DNA of 64,000 nucleotides from an uncultured bacterium (GTDB lineage Bacteria > Babelota > Babeliae > Babelales > Vermiphilaceae), in NCBI GenBank assembly GCA_963701085.1, contig OY969561.1:608001-672000 (forward strand). The letters are read 5' to 3'. Both the position numbers and the translations under genes were made by a program. Position 1 is the stretch's first letter; every line of letters begins with the position of its first letter. The notes below the pieces were generated by a model that worked only from the letters and a program-made list of their open reading frames with translations, was not told where the DNA came from and ran no database searches. Shown here piece by piece: positions 51,974 to 62,751 of this stretch.

Positions 51974-52058
51974 TGCCGAGAGCCGGACTCGAACCGGCAC
52001 GAGCGTTAAGCTCGAGGGATTTTAAGTCCCTTGCGTCTACCTATTCCGCCATCCCGGC
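51971..52058 (-). tRNA. tRNA-Leu(TAA)
   Basis: AGGGA-CT-TAA-AA-TCCCT anticodon arm, long variable arm, GGTTCGAGTCC, encoded CCA. Confidence 0.95.
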
Positions 52059-52068
52059 ACACCAATTT

Positions 52069-52106
52069 TTAACCCCATTCTTCATTTCATTCCGCATGGG
52101 GACCCC
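52069..52106. repeat. Family C half-element in the tRNA-Cys/tRNA-Leu spacer
   Basis: TTAACCCCAT..ATGGGGACCCC. Confidence 0.65.
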
Positions 52107-52125
52107 ACTAAAGAGGATAGAACTT

Positions 52126-52199
<74 letters not shown>

Positions 52200-52613
52200 A
52201 CACATAATTCAAATTATCTACCTTTAAAAAGTAAACATTCTCAATGTAGCAGAAAATAGCTATTCTGCAAGCTTTTTACCACCAATCAATGCTTCTGGCT
52301 GAATAAACAACAAAAAAATTCCCCGGCATCTCTTTTTTTATAGTTTTTTTCCATCGACCAAACTAAAGTCTTAATATTATAGATGAGAATGCTCAAACCA
52401 AGTGTTGGACCAAAATAATGTTAAAACGTGACATCTATTATCTCCTATGATAAATTCAATATGAAATCATACTTACCGAAAGTTATTATTTCATAAAATT
52501 GTAATACTGCCAAGTTGAATTCTTTGGATGAACAAAAGACAAAAAAAAGGGGGAAGTTGCGTTCTGCAAGCTGTTTTTAAAAAATCTAACCGCTATAGCC
52601 TTGAGGATGAATA

Positions 52614-52871
52614 ATGCAAAAACTTTATCTTACAAAATGCGTACTGATCGGATTATCAACCACTTTAATCTTTGTATCCGGAATGGATGGCAAGAGAGCC
52701 GCGGTAAAACAAGAAAAAGAAATCAATCGTTTTATCAACACAATTGCCAAAAACAACTACGCGCAAGCAGAAGCTATGCAACAGAAAAACAACATACAGT
52801 GGTACGTCTCAGTAACATCTGAACAGAATACAAAAAAGGCTCGACGTAAATTTTCAAGTAAAAACGCGTAA
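52614..52871 (+). CDS. Small secreted hypothetical protein (possibly truncated)
   Basis: GAGGA RBS, signal-like ..IFVSG|MDGK. Confidence 0.5.
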   Translation: MQKLYLTKCVLIGLSTTLIFVSGMDGKRAAVKQEKEINRFINTIAKNNYAQAEAMQQKNNIQWYVSVTSEQNTKKARRKFSSKNA

Positions 52872-52905
52872 CTCACTATAGTTGCTCGCTTCATGTATTC
52901 ATCCA

Positions 52906-52979
52906 GCGCTCGCCCTGAACCTGTTGAAGGGTTTCTTGGAGCGCTCAAAGATATCCTTCAACAAGTTCAGGACGAGCGC
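52906..52979. repeat. Family A 74-nt palindrome, intergenic between convergent genes
   Basis: GCGCTCGCCCTGAACCTGTTGAAGG..CCTTCAACAAGTTCAGGACGAGCGC. Confidence 0.93.
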
Positions 52980-53029
52980 AAGAAAAAATATAAATCGGGC
53001 AAGGCTAATGTTTTCTGCTATATAGTTAT

Positions 53030-54004
53030 CTAATTCATTATTTGGAAAAACCTGCTCCAACGGACACGTGACCAGAAATTAATAGGATGCTTGATAAGAT
53101 CAACTATCCACCATGATTCATCACTATCAATTGACCAAATACGGAAAATAATTCTGCCATGAATTTCTTTCTCTTTAATAGGGCCAAAGAAACGGCAATC
53201 ATGACTACCTAACCGGTTATCCCCCATACCCCAATATTCATCTGCGCCAAGCTTAACATAGAACAGATCAGACCGAGTCCAATTACTATGCGTTTCATCA
53301 GGCGATGTTTTACCATTTTTTGGCATGAGCGGCGTTCCAGGAATAAGCAACTCAGGATTACGTTGTTCATCACGAATAATACGATTTTCAATAATATCGT
53401 AAAATGGTTGCTTATTATACGGCTTACTTGGATCGTAAGAGCGCCACGTTGTTTCATAGCGTAAGCGCTGTTCTATATAATTATCTACCGCTGCCTGATC
53501 AACTTTATATCCACGAGCCATCTTTTGTATATCTTTTTCTACCTGTGCTCTTAAATCATCAATATCTTGTTTAAGAATATGAATTAATGGAAATGCATTA
53601 ATATACGGCTCATTTAATTTTTCACCATTGCGATACACAACTGGCTTACCATCTTCTATAGCTCCACGAATGACATCACCCGGAACACCAATCACGCGTT
53701 TTGTCCAATTTGATGGCCCCCAAACATAATGCTGAAAAAGATTCATTGCTGGATTGGCTGAATATTTAAATTCAGGATCATTAAATGAAATAATTTCACC
53801 CCACCGTGGTTTTCTAAAATTATAAGAAAATTTATCCGCAAAAAACCGTTCACCAACTAACATAGTTGTTTCCATTGATCCGGTCGGCACCTGGTATAAC
53901 CCAAATCCAAAGGTACGCACAATAAAAACAACTAACAATAAAAATGAAAACTCCGTAATGCTTGAAAGTAAACCTTGCTCTTTTGGTTTGTGTTCTTTAG
54001 CCAT
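53030..54004 (-). CDS. lepB: Signal peptidase I
   Basis: VPTGSMETT, TKRVIGVPGD, MGDNRLGSHDCRFFG. Confidence 0.95.
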   Translation of the reverse strand: MAKEHKPKEQGLLSSITEFSFLLLVVFIVRTFGFGLYQVPTGSMETTMLVGERFFADKFSYNFRKPRWGEIISFNDPEFKYSANPAMNLFQHYVWGPSNWTKRVIGVPGDVIRGAIEDGKPVVYRNGEKLNEPYINAFPLIHILKQDIDDLRAQVEKDIQKMARGYKVDQAAVDNYIEQRLRYETTWRSYDPSKPYNKQPFYDIIENRIIRDEQRNPELLIPGTPLMPKNGKTSPDETHSNWTRSDLFYVKLGADEYWGMGDNRLGSHDCRFFGPIKEKEIHGRIIFRIWSIDSDESWWIVDLIKHPINFWSRVRWSRFFQIMN

Positions 54005-54037
54005 AATTATTCCTTTATATAATATTTTTTTCTTCCG

Positions 54038-54088
54038 GTCATCCTGAGTGTCCTACGAAGCCTTGGCGTAGTAGGATGTATCGAAGGA
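54038..54088. repeat. Family D half-element with B insert flanked by TG/TG
   Basis: GTCATCCTGAG-TG[TCCTACGAAGCCTTGGCGTAGTAGGA]TG-TATCGAAGG. Confidence 0.8.
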
Positions 54089-55101
54089 TTATGTGGTGTG
54101 GGGTAAACAATGCATTGGGTTCACCCGCTTGCCCCACTCGTATACTTCAAAATGCAAATGCGAGCCATCTTTACCTTTTTTTCTAATAAATCCTGTTTCT
54201 CCCACCGTACCGACAATTGCACCTTGTTTAATTTTTTGTCCCGCACAAACACGTATTGCATGCAAATGAGCATAGCGTGTTTTTATTTTATCAGTATGCT
54301 GAACAACCACTGTATTGCCATACCCTGTCTGAAAGCAAGCTTCAGTCACCGTACCACCTCGCGCTACCTTAACAATGGTACCTTTTACCGCTGCCATATC
54401 AATGCCGTGATGAAATCCCCACGTACCATCAATACGTTTGCGCGGACCAAACAATGAACTCAACCAAAATTTATCTGCATCAATTGGCCACATAAATCCA
54501 TAATCTTTAATAGGACGATGCATTGCCGTAATTTTTGTTTCTTTCTTACCACGCTCCTGCGTAGATTTAACAAAAGAAGAAGCAACTGGTTTACGTACGT
54601 TCTGTTTTTTTTGTTGTGGGATCACAACTGGTTTCTCGGTATAATCAGACCAACGATCAACATCAATTGCCGTCATCAGTGTATTAAGATCCTGCGATTC
54701 TATATAATCTAATGTTGATTGCTTAAGATAATCAGGATGCCTATTAATCACCACAAAAGAATCATCGACATACTCATCATCATCATCAGGATCATCACTT
54801 GCCTCTGCTGCCATTATCTCTTCTACCCCAATTTCTACTCCTCCATCGCCCAATCTACAATGACATTCGTTCCAATTGGGGTGCCCATCAAAATTCTGCG
54901 ATGCGCTCCATCATCACCATTAACTTTCTTATTCAGCAGATCAACATACAAAGCATACTGCTGCTTAAGCGCCAGCATTTCTTGTGCTTGAGTACAAAAA
55001 AATCGGTATTCAGCAAAAAGAAGTACCATGAGAATCATCATGATACTTACACAAAAACCAAACAGTACTGAATACACAACAGGAAAACGTTTACTCACCA
55101 T
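54089..55101 (-). CDS. M23 family metallopeptidase with N-terminal TM (frame break near 54845)
   Basis: FHHGID, GYGNTV, YAHL and HLHFEV in 54089-54853. The TM-containing N-part 54835-55101 is in another frame. Confidence 0.9.
54847..54906. repeat. Degenerate family C element inside the M23 gene
   Basis: CCCAAT..TTCGTTCCAATTGGGGTGCCCATCAAAA..GATGCG resembles TTCGTTTCAATTGGGGTCCCCGTCGAAA at 7190. Confidence 0.65.
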
Positions 55102-55127
55102 ATGCTGCTATACGTTATGAGTTATAA

Positions 55128-55874
55128 TTATATAATTTGAACAACATCTGCTTCAACCCAGCCAATCATACCAGCATATCGAACTTTATACCACCCTTCT
55201 CTTGCTTCTTTTACTGCTACACCATGAGCATAAACAAGCGGACAAAGCGGACAAAGCCCCTTATCTGGACCAACAAAAAGCTGTGCTTCTTTTTTTACTA
55301 TAAGCCCATTCTGAGAGCCCTGCTTGCTGTAATGCACCATTATCACAGAACCAAAAATTGCCATAAAAAGAGATAAGCAACCCACCGTGGTTTTTTGTAT
55401 TTTTGTCTGCTGTTTTTTACGTACTAAAAAAATAAACATGTACCAACACAACAGAAAAAAAAGCTGTAAAAAAAAGAGCGTTGCATAGGGCAAAGCATTG
55501 TGTATAAAGGTTACTATTGCATACTTAAAAGAGTTATTATCCTGCTTGCCAACTATATCAGCAACACGCTTTTTGTTATGGGAAATTACTTTGTACTCCT
55601 GCGGCGTTGCACCAACTTCAGCACGCGACCAATACACAAGCGCTTGAGCATAATCACCTTTATGAAATGCGCAATTACCCATATTATATACAACAGCACG
55701 TCCTTTTTTACTCATCGCATCATATGAACGGAATGCACCATCATAATCTTTTTGTTCATACTGCTTGTTGCCACGCAAAAAAAGTTCTTCATCACTGCCG
55801 GCAAAATTTGACGCCGCAGTCAATGCACACATAAAAAACAGTACTATATACTTTTTTCTAAACGATCCAACCAT
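55128..55874 (-). CDS. BatE-like TPR plus TM plus SH3 protein
   Basis: GNKQYEQKDY..YNMGN TPR, two TMs, C-terminal EGWYKV..GWV. Confidence 0.82.
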   Translation of the reverse strand: MVGSFRKKYIVLFFMCALTAASNFAGSDEELFLRGNKQYEQKDYDGAFRSYDAMSKKGRAVVYNMGNCAFHKGDYAQALVYWSRAEVGATPQEYKVISHNKKRVADIVGKQDNNSFKYAIVTFIHNALPYATLFFLQLFFLLCWYMFIFLVRKKQQTKIQKTTVGCLSLFMAIFGSVIMVHYSKQGSQNGLIVKKEAQLFVGPDKGLCPLCPLVYAHGVAVKEAREGWYKVRYAGMIGWVEADVVQII

Positions 55875-57535
55875 TGCTTTGCCATCCTACATAATTCATC
55901 ACTATTTTTATTATCTGACTGCGCATAGGCAGCATGTGTAATCTGCTCAAAAAAATCATGCCATTCAGTTGACATTTCTTGCGACACTTTACCTAAATTC
56001 TGAAATAGCTGCATAAAAATCGCGTATAAATTTTTATCATTACCAGATTTTATAGCAAGCTCTATTTGTTTGCGCGCCTGTTTAAAGGCACGTCGACGTG
56101 TAAATCGCGAACTGCTTGCCAACCTCATAAACTTATCTGATACCAATGGATATCCCACATAAAGGCACGGCATTAAAAACAGAAATTGGAATAACCACCA
56201 TGGCAATGCCTGACGTTCTGGAAGTGGGTACCACTGCCCAACCGTGTTAATATCAGCAATTTTTTCTTCTGCTGCAACAGTTGTTGATGTGGGTTCAACA
56301 AATTCAAGAGGGGCAACTATATTTTTTTTTGCGCTCATAACCCCTGGCATAATTGATACTGCAAGCGGTGATGTACGCAATGTTACATACGCATTTTTTT
56401 CCGTATCAAAATAAGTAAACAGTTGCTCTGGAATTTCGCAATGACCGGATTCCATTCCCTGCACAATAAATTCGAATCTTTTTTTTGGAAATTCATCGCT
56501 ATGTTTTGGCTGAATTATTACGTTATTCGAATCATAATATTTTAAAGATTTAGGCATATTCAATGTTGGAACTGCTATAGCCTGCAAATTACCAACACCT
56601 TCAACTTCAATAACCATTACCATTCCTTCCCCTTCCTTTGCCATGCCAGGCTTTATTTCAGCAGAAAAACGCTCAAAAACACCAACAGCATGAACCGGAC
56701 GATCATAATGAGGAATCGGGGCCACTTTAATAGTCACCGCATTTGAGTACACACGTTTACGTTCACCGCGACTATTTAATAACGCAAAAAAACCACCAAA
56801 AAGGTGATTGTCTTTTGTAGGAATCTCATAATCAGCACTATGAGCAGGAATAAGAAACTCCCCTGGCTTTGTTGGATACATATCCCATCGCCATTGAGCA
56901 TAATAATATTCTGAACCATCAATTTCCGCAGTGCCTTTTTCTAATTCGCTCATCTCTTTTTTATCAAAGGCTGCTAATTCTGGCATGCTTATAGTAAGTG
57001 CTGTTGCTGATGGATCTTGATAATAAAAACGGATCATACAGCCTATTTTTTGCCCAACAACAACAGATTCAGAGTCAACCATTACCCGTAAAAATGCTTT
57101 TGCTTCTGTTGCCTGACTCTGCTTATTACCATGCGTTGCAACAACAATATCCTTCACAACATCAATCCGAACTTCATTAGAAATCATTTCTTGCTGCTGA
57201 TGATGCACTACTGCTGGACCAATAACATATGATCCAATCACATCAATACGCACCTGATATGAAAAGCGGGCCGTCGCTCTTCCATTAACACTGCTCATAT
57301 ATGAACCAGATTGTCGCGCAGCAAACCTATCTAACCCTTTAATTGTTGGCATTTGCACTGATCCATACACATCATCAATACTAACTTCAAGCGTAAATGG
57401 TTGCCCTACAACAACCTGGTTGCTGGTACCATTTTCAGTTGCTATTTTCATTGAAATACGAGCATCTAAACAAATAACTGCAAAACTTAAAAAGATTATA
57501 AAAATTTTACCAACAATTTTGCCCATTTTTTCCAC
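55844..57535 (-). CDS. BatD family protein
   Basis: VGQPFTL..SSVNG..GSYVIGPA, AVG.F, EGVGNL, C-terminal TM; operon position. Confidence 0.85.
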   Translation of the reverse strand: MEKMGKIVGKIFIIFLSFAVICLDARISMKIATENGTSNQVVVGQPFTLEVSIDDVYGSVQMPTIKGLDRFAARQSGSYMSSVNGRATARFSYQVRIDVIGSYVIGPAVVHHQQQEMISNEVRIDVVKDIVVATHGNKQSQATEAKAFLRVMVDSESVVVGQKIGCMIRFYYQDPSATALTISMPELAAFDKKEMSELEKGTAEIDGSEYYYAQWRWDMYPTKPGEFLIPAHSADYEIPTKDNHLFGGFFALLNSRGERKRVYSNAVTIKVAPIPHYDRPVHAVGVFERFSAEIKPGMAKEGEGMVMVIEVEGVGNLQAIAVPTLNMPKSLKYYDSNNVIIQPKHSDEFPKKRFEFIVQGMESGHCEIPEQLFTYFDTEKNAYVTLRTSPLAVSIMPGVMSAKKNIVAPLEFVEPTSTTVAAEEKIADINTVGQWYPLPERQALPWWLFQFLFLMPCLYVGYPLVSDKFMRLASSSRFTRRRAFKQARKQIELAIKSGNDKNLYAIFMQLFQNLGKVSQEMSTEWHDFFEQITHAAYAQSDNKNSDELCRMAKQWLDRLEKSI

Positions 57536-58538
57536 CTTGTTGATGCTGACGAACTTTTGCTTCCATTAACTGTTTATTAATTGCCTTGTCTTTCTGTTCC
57601 TGATTATTCAAAACCTGCAACAACCATGGATCATTAAGAGCAATTTCACTTTTCTTATCATCACCATCTGCTTGCCCATCTTGACCAGCTGCAGATGATG
57701 CATTACTCTTATTATCAGTTATATTCTGTTTCTCAGGAGTTTTATTGTGTTCATTACCTTGTTGATTTTTGGGCTTGCTTTGCTGATCCTTCGCTTTTTT
57801 ATCAAGCTCTTGATTACCATTCCGCTTCTTATTATCCTCGGAATTTTTTTGCTGCTGCTCTTTATTCCCATGCTCTTTTCTTTGTGCATCTTTATTACCC
57901 TGCTCAGCACTATCTCCCTGCTCACCTTGGGACTTCTTATCTGAGCCCTCATTCTGTTTATCTTTTTGATCGCCTGATTGCTCATCTTTTTGATCACCAT
58001 TCTGATTTTGCTGTTGTTGATCATCACCATTCTGCTTGTCTTTGTCTTGTTTATCATCTTTCTTTTGATCATCTTTCTGATCGTTTTCTTTTTGCTGTTG
58101 TTGTTCTTGCTCTAACATCTGTGCAACACGATCACGATTATGACGCGCATGCTCATTATCCGGTTCTAGAGCAAGTGCCTTATCATACTGCTCAAGAGCG
58201 CATGGTAAATTCTTATCATCAACACATGCGTTGCCCGCATTAAAATGTGCACGGAACTGTAAATTTTTATCATGATGTGCCAATTCCGCTGCACGAACAA
58301 AATAAGCAGCTGCCTGACTAAAACTACCAAGAGTATATGCCGCAACTCCTGCATCATACACAACATCAGCATTATCCGGCTTATTGGTCACAATGCTGTT
58401 GAGCTTTGCATGCGCATCTTGCCAATTACCTTTTTGTGCTGCATATATGGCAGAATCATAAGAGAATGAGTAGAGTGAGCTTGATACGCTCATCACAAAA
58501 AAACAAAAAAAATAATGTGTTAATCTCATAATAACCAC
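57507..58538 (-). CDS. BatC-like TPR protein with Q/D/K-rich tail
   Basis: AHFNAGNA..YDKALALEPDNEHARHN and a low-complexity linker. Confidence 0.82.
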   Translation of the reverse strand: MVIMRLTHYFFCFFVMSVSSSLYSFSYDSAIYAAQKGNWQDAHAKLNSIVTNKPDNADVVYDAGVAAYTLGSFSQAAAYFVRAAELAHHDKNLQFRAHFNAGNACVDDKNLPCALEQYDKALALEPDNEHARHNRDRVAQMLEQEQQQQKENDQKDDQKKDDKQDKDKQNGDDQQQQNQNGDQKDEQSGDQKDKQNEGSDKKSQGEQGDSAEQGNKDAQRKEHGNKEQQQKNSEDNKKRNGNQELDKKAKDQQSKPKNQQGNEHNKTPEKQNITDNKSNASSAAGQDGQADGDDKKSEIALNDPWLLQVLNNQEQKDKAINKQLMEAKVRQHQQGGKNGQNCW

Positions 58539-59539
58539 TCAAGGGCAAAACAGATAAAACTTACCAATAAAAAATAATGATATTGATCTTCATACCGAGC
58601 ATGTTTACGCTCAGCAAGGAACTCTTTATCAAATGCGTTTACCAAGCGCATAAACAATCCAATATCCTCATCATTATACGTTGCACGAATGTAACTACCA
58701 CCGGCATCTTGCGAAAGTGTGCGCAAGATTCCCTCATTTAATCGTGAAATAACAACGCCACCTTGCGTATCTTTTTGATGCCCAATAAGTTTACCATGAG
58801 GATCAAACAAAGGAACTGGTGCTCCTTCTGGCGTACCAATACCAATGGTAAAAATAGAAAGACCTGCATCAGTAGCCTCTTGTTTACTATCATGCAAGTT
58901 ATGCGAAAAATCTTCACCATCGGTGAATAACACAAGCAATTTGCTTTTACGATCTGGTAGTGCTGCAAACGATGTTAACGCCTGTTGAACAGCTTGAGCA
59001 AGTGCAGTGGTTCCCGAAGAAATAAGCTCAGCATCAACAGCGTCAAGATACAAATAAAACGCCGAATAATCAGATGTTAAAGGACATTGCACAAACGCAG
59101 AACCAGAAAAAAGAATGAGTCCAATGCGCTCACAAGAAAGTTTTTTTACTAATTTTTTAATTTTTTCTTTTGCAAATGTTAAGCGATTAGGCTCACAATC
59201 AGTTGCTAGCATACTGCGAGAAATATCAAGCGCAATATATAAATCACGCCCTTCCTGCATAATAGTTTCTTCTGATTTATCCCACTGCGGTCTCAATAAT
59301 GAGATGCATAAAAACAAACATCCAATAACCATCAAAAAAGATTTTAATACCTGCTTTGTTGGTGAAACATTACGCAAAAACTCACGATGACTGCCAACCA
59401 ATGCACTCTGTGCCGCACGCTGCTTTTTATAGCGCACCATTAAAAGCAATAACACAATCCCCACAAAAAACATGTACCATATATTGCCTGGTGAGCCCCA
59501 GTGGATACCGCTTATATTTGTTATCATAATGAAAACCAT
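58526..59539 (-). CDS. BatB-like vWA domain protein
   Basis: RPQW, LDISRSM MIDAS, PNRL, PLTSD, TDGED. Confidence 0.9.
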   Translation of the reverse strand: MVFIMITNISGIHWGSPGNIWYMFFVGIVLLLLMVRYKKQRAAQSALVGSHREFLRNVSPTKQVLKSFLMVIGCLFLCISLLRPQWDKSEETIMQEGRDLYIALDISRSMLATDCEPNRLTFAKEKIKKLVKKLSCERIGLILFSGSAFVQCPLTSDYSAFYLYLDAVDAELISSGTTALAQAVQQALTSFAALPDRKSKLLVLFTDGEDFSHNLHDSKQEATDAGLSIFTIGIGTPEGAPVPLFDPHGKLIGHQKDTQGGVVISRLNEGILRTLSQDAGGSYIRATYNDEDIGLFMRLVNAFDKEFLAERKHARYEDQYHYFLLVSFICFALEWLL

Positions 59540-60519
59540 ACGTATGTTGAAAGTAATAATTCAGACAAAACAACCGCCATAATCATGCCGACAATAGGAA
59601 TGAGTAGATCATAATAAAGACTAAACATCGGAACTTCATGATCTGTTTTTTCTAATGCATCGATGGTGTCATAAATACGCCGCATATCTGCTGCACTGCG
59701 TGCAAGAAAATAGTGACCACCTGTTTGATTTGCAATTTGCGTCAACAGCTCTTTATTAACTTTTGGCCGTATCATCATGCCATATAATGGATGTCTAAAA
59801 ATCTGTTCTTGCTCACTACCAATGCCAACAGTATATATTTTAATACCTAATTTTTTAGCTACATCAATTCCAACCGATGGATCCATATCCCCTTCACTTG
59901 GTTCACCATCAGTCAACACAATCATCACCTTGGTTTTTGCTTGAGAATGCTTAAGACGATTTGCAGCTGTGACAATACCAGTGACAAGCATAGTTCCATC
60001 AGAGTCTATAACACCAAGCTGTAACTCTTCAACCACTTTTTGGAGCAACTCTTTATCAAATGTAATAGGACAGCGCGATACGGTATCCTTACCAAACAAA
60101 ACAAGACCAAGAGCATCATTAGTACGTTTTTCAATAAAATGTATTGCTTCTGCCTTGGCAACTTCAAACCGTGAGCGGTCATCATCATCATAATCTCTAA
60201 ATTGCATACTGCCAGACACATCAAGCACTACAACAATATCAATACCTTGGACAGGAATCTGAGAACGCGAATCAACAATTTGAGGCTTTGCAATGATAAT
60301 CGCAAGAAGAATGAGCGTCAGTAAACGCAAAAAATAAAAAACTTTTTTATGAATATGAGAAAAGTTAGAACTGTTTTTCTTAAGCGCAAGCCCTAAAGAA
60401 TAACGATACACAACCGTTTTGCGCAAGAATTTACGTGCAAACATAATGACAATAATCACTGCAATTAAAACAACACTATACAATGGATATGTGCAACGCA
60501 TAAAAAAATGATTGATCAC
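59524..60519 (-). CDS. BatA-like vWA domain protein
   Basis: AKPQ, LDVSGSM MIDAS, LTDGE, KIYTVGIG, TGGHYF. Confidence 0.9.
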   Translation of the reverse strand: MINHFFMRCTYPLYSVVLIAVIIVIMFARKFLRKTVVYRYSLGLALKKNSSNFSHIHKKVFYFLRLLTLILLAIIIAKPQIVDSRSQIPVQGIDIVVVLDVSGSMQFRDYDDDDRSRFEVAKAEAIHFIEKRTNDALGLVLFGKDTVSRCPITFDKELLQKVVEELQLGVIDSDGTMLVTGIVTAANRLKHSQAKTKVMIVLTDGEPSEGDMDPSVGIDVAKKLGIKIYTVGIGSEQEQIFRHPLYGMMIRPKVNKELLTQIANQTGGHYFLARSAADMRRIYDTIDALEKTDHEVPMFSLYYDLLIPIVGMIMAVVLSELLLSTYVWFSL

Positions 60520-61247
60520 TTATTCTGCTCCATCTGTTCAACAAACCATTGTTGCACTCGAATTTTAAATGATTCATCCGTATCATGTTGTTCATACATA
60601 AATGGCTTACCCACAATAACGGTGATTGGATACAACTGCACCCAAAACGTTTCTGGCGGATATGCCTTATCAATACCAATAATACAAACAGGCACCACTG
60701 GACGTCCTGTTTTTTTTGCAATTACCGCAAATCCACCAAAGAAATCATGAATTTTACCATCCGTATACCGTGCACCTTCTGGAAATATCACAAGATTGCG
60801 ATGATGATTATTAACAATATTTAATATTTTGCGCAACGATAACATTGATTCTCGCGGGGAAGAAACATCAACCAGAACAGATATAAGTGGCACAATCCAT
60901 CTGATAAAAAAAGAATCCATTAATTCCGATTTTGCCAGCCAGACATGAGGAACTCCTTTTGAAAGCACCCCAATAAGAGGAATATCCAAAGTTGATTGAT
61001 GATTGGCTGCAAAAATTACCGCCTTATCCTTGGGAATGTTTTCCATCCCTTTATAGGTAATGGGCAACATTGATCCTTTTAATATTGCAACATAAAACCA
61101 ATGAATAGGATAAAAAAGTATTGGATACCTATAACGATAACGCTCCGGGATACAAATGAAAATAATAATTGGAATAAGAAAAATAATCGTAACCACTATT
61201 AACAAAAATCGTGAGAAAAGATTGCGTACTACCATTCCAATATTCAT
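60516..61247 (-). CDS. plsC: 1-acyl-sn-glycerol-3-phosphate acyltransferase
   Basis: NHQSTLD, FPEGAR, PVVPV. Confidence 0.9.
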   Translation of the reverse strand: MNIGMVVRNLFSRFLLIVVTIIFLIPIIIFICIPERYRYRYPILFYPIHWFYVAILKGSMLPITYKGMENIPKDKAVIFAANHQSTLDIPLIGVLSKGVPHVWLAKSELMDSFFIRWIVPLISVLVDVSSPRESMLSLRKILNIVNNHHRNLVIFPEGARYTDGKIHDFFGGFAVIAKKTGRPVVPVCIIGIDKAYPPETFWVQLYPITVIVGKPFMYEQHDTDESFKIRVQQWFVEQMEQNK

Positions 61248-61256
61248 AAAAATCCC

Positions 61257-61928
61257 TTATTGCGACTGTTTAAAATAAAGATCAAACTGATCATGAAGTT
61301 TTTTAATATAAATATTGGCATACGTACATACACCAATCGGTATCAAAAATGCTCCTATTATAGCTTGCGTTAATGGTGTAATAACAAACATATAATTAAC
61401 AATAAATACAAGAACGCTACAACAAAAATTCATAACAAATATGAGAGGAAAATTATAGAGCATCATTTTCAACCCATTCCACATAGAAAGAAGAAAATTT
61501 TTAAATCCTCCTTCTGAATCGGCAAAGAAGAGAATGAAAAACACATACCATGGCGAATATGAAGATACCAAAAAGAGCGGCACCAACAACAACATCAAAA
61601 GAAGCCAATATAAAATGATTTTTTTAAATTGGGTACGAAAATAAGTACAATCTTTTTGCAAAATAGAAGGACGAGTAATAAAACAAGTTCCTAAAAATAA
61701 TATTCCATATAAAAAATAAACAATGCATAACAATACAATGTATTGAATTGAACCGTTAGGCATAATAAACAAACATAACAGTGGCAGCGCTAACAACAAC
61801 CACCAAAAATACTTAAAATATAATGTGTATGCTTCTAGAATTGATTTGATTGTTACCATCACAAAAAGCTGTAAATTCTTTGGCTTGAGTAATGTCAATG
61901 AATCTACCCATGATTGAACTAATGTCAT
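61257..61928 (-). CDS. Multi-pass membrane hypothetical protein
   Basis: About 5-6 hydrophobic segments, RBS, operonic spacing. Confidence 0.75.
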   Translation of the reverse strand: MTLVQSWVDSLTLLKPKNLQLFVMVTIKSILEAYTLYFKYFWWLLLALPLLCLFIMPNGSIQYIVLLCIVYFLYGILFLGTCFITRPSILQKDCTYFRTQFKKIILYWLLLMLLLVPLFLVSSYSPWYVFFILFFADSEGGFKNFLLSMWNGLKMMLYNFPLIFVMNFCCSVLVFIVNYMFVITPLTQAIIGAFLIPIGVCTYANIYIKKLHDQFDLYFKQSQ

Positions 61929-62011
61929 AATTCACCCTTAATTTATTTTTTTATGTATCTACCGTATAAAAAATTAACTCTTTCGACAAGTTTGGAAAGT
62001 AAATTAAAGAT

Positions 62012-62383
62012 TTAAAATAACGGCTCAGCTTCTATATTATGCTCAAGCGCATATAAACAATGCTCAATATCTTCCGGCATAATATCGCCTTCTTCTTCCA
62101 GCTCTTCTAATATCTGAATAACACCGGCAACACAATCAGCATCTTCATCCTTGCAGGTATATAAATCTGAAAACCATACAAAGTGAACCCAATCAAAAAG
62201 ATCCACCTGCGATATAATTTCTTGTTTAAAGCGCTTGAGAAGATGAATCAGATGCTTGCGTTCAATAATAACAGGATTTTCAAGCAATTCAGTTTCATCA
62301 TCGTAGCGCAACTGCGGCATATCGTCTTTATTCATTTTCAAGTCTCTGACTTTTTCTAACATTTCACGATAATTAATAGACAT
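62012..62383 (-). CDS. Acidic hypothetical protein
   Basis: AAGGA RBS, 123-aa ORF. Confidence 0.7.
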   Translation of the reverse strand: MSINYREMLEKVRDLKMNKDDMPQLRYDDETELLENPVIIERKHLIHLLKRFKQEIISQVDLFDWVHFVWFSDLYTCKDEDADCVAGVIQILEELEEEGDIMPEDIEHCLYALEHNIEAEPLF

Positions 62384-62465
62384 TGTCCTTTACCCCCATT
62401 AACTTAAAGATACTTCTTAGTATCTATTTTACACAAAGTCCAATTATTAACAATGCATGCCCTAC

Positions 62466-62631
62466 GCGCTCGTTTAACCCCATCTTCAGTTCCTTTCGAC
62501 GGGGACCCCGATTGGAACGAAGTGGAAATTGGGGAATAAAGGATATCCCCGAGCGCTGGAAAGAACCTCAGAAATGAAAATTCTTTCTTATACGGGGTCC
62601 CCGGATTGGAGCTTTAGCGAAATCTGGGGTA
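62466..62631. repeat. Partial A::C composite plus a separate C half-element
   Basis: 62473-62566 is a near reverse complement of 7146-7238; GGGGTCCCCGGATT..AATCTGGGG at 62594. Confidence 0.88.
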
Positions 62632-62751
62632 TAATTATTTGACTTTTTGAAAATACATCTTCTATTATAGATAGAGAGAGGCAAAAAAAATAGAACTACG
62701 AGGTACTATGATACAACATAATAATTATTGGCTAACCCTAAAAAGATACTC

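Noticed and set aside
52260-52600. Long AT-rich intergenic region as possible ncRNA
   Set aside because: Only weak AT-rich stems are present, with no recognisable tmRNA, RNase P, 6S or SRP features.
57650-58110. Q/D/K low-complexity tract
   Set aside because: This is an ordinary feature of BatC-like proteins.
62383-62577. 64-aa ORF upstream of topA
   Set aside because: It is mostly translation of the A::C repeat, with no RBS or domain support.
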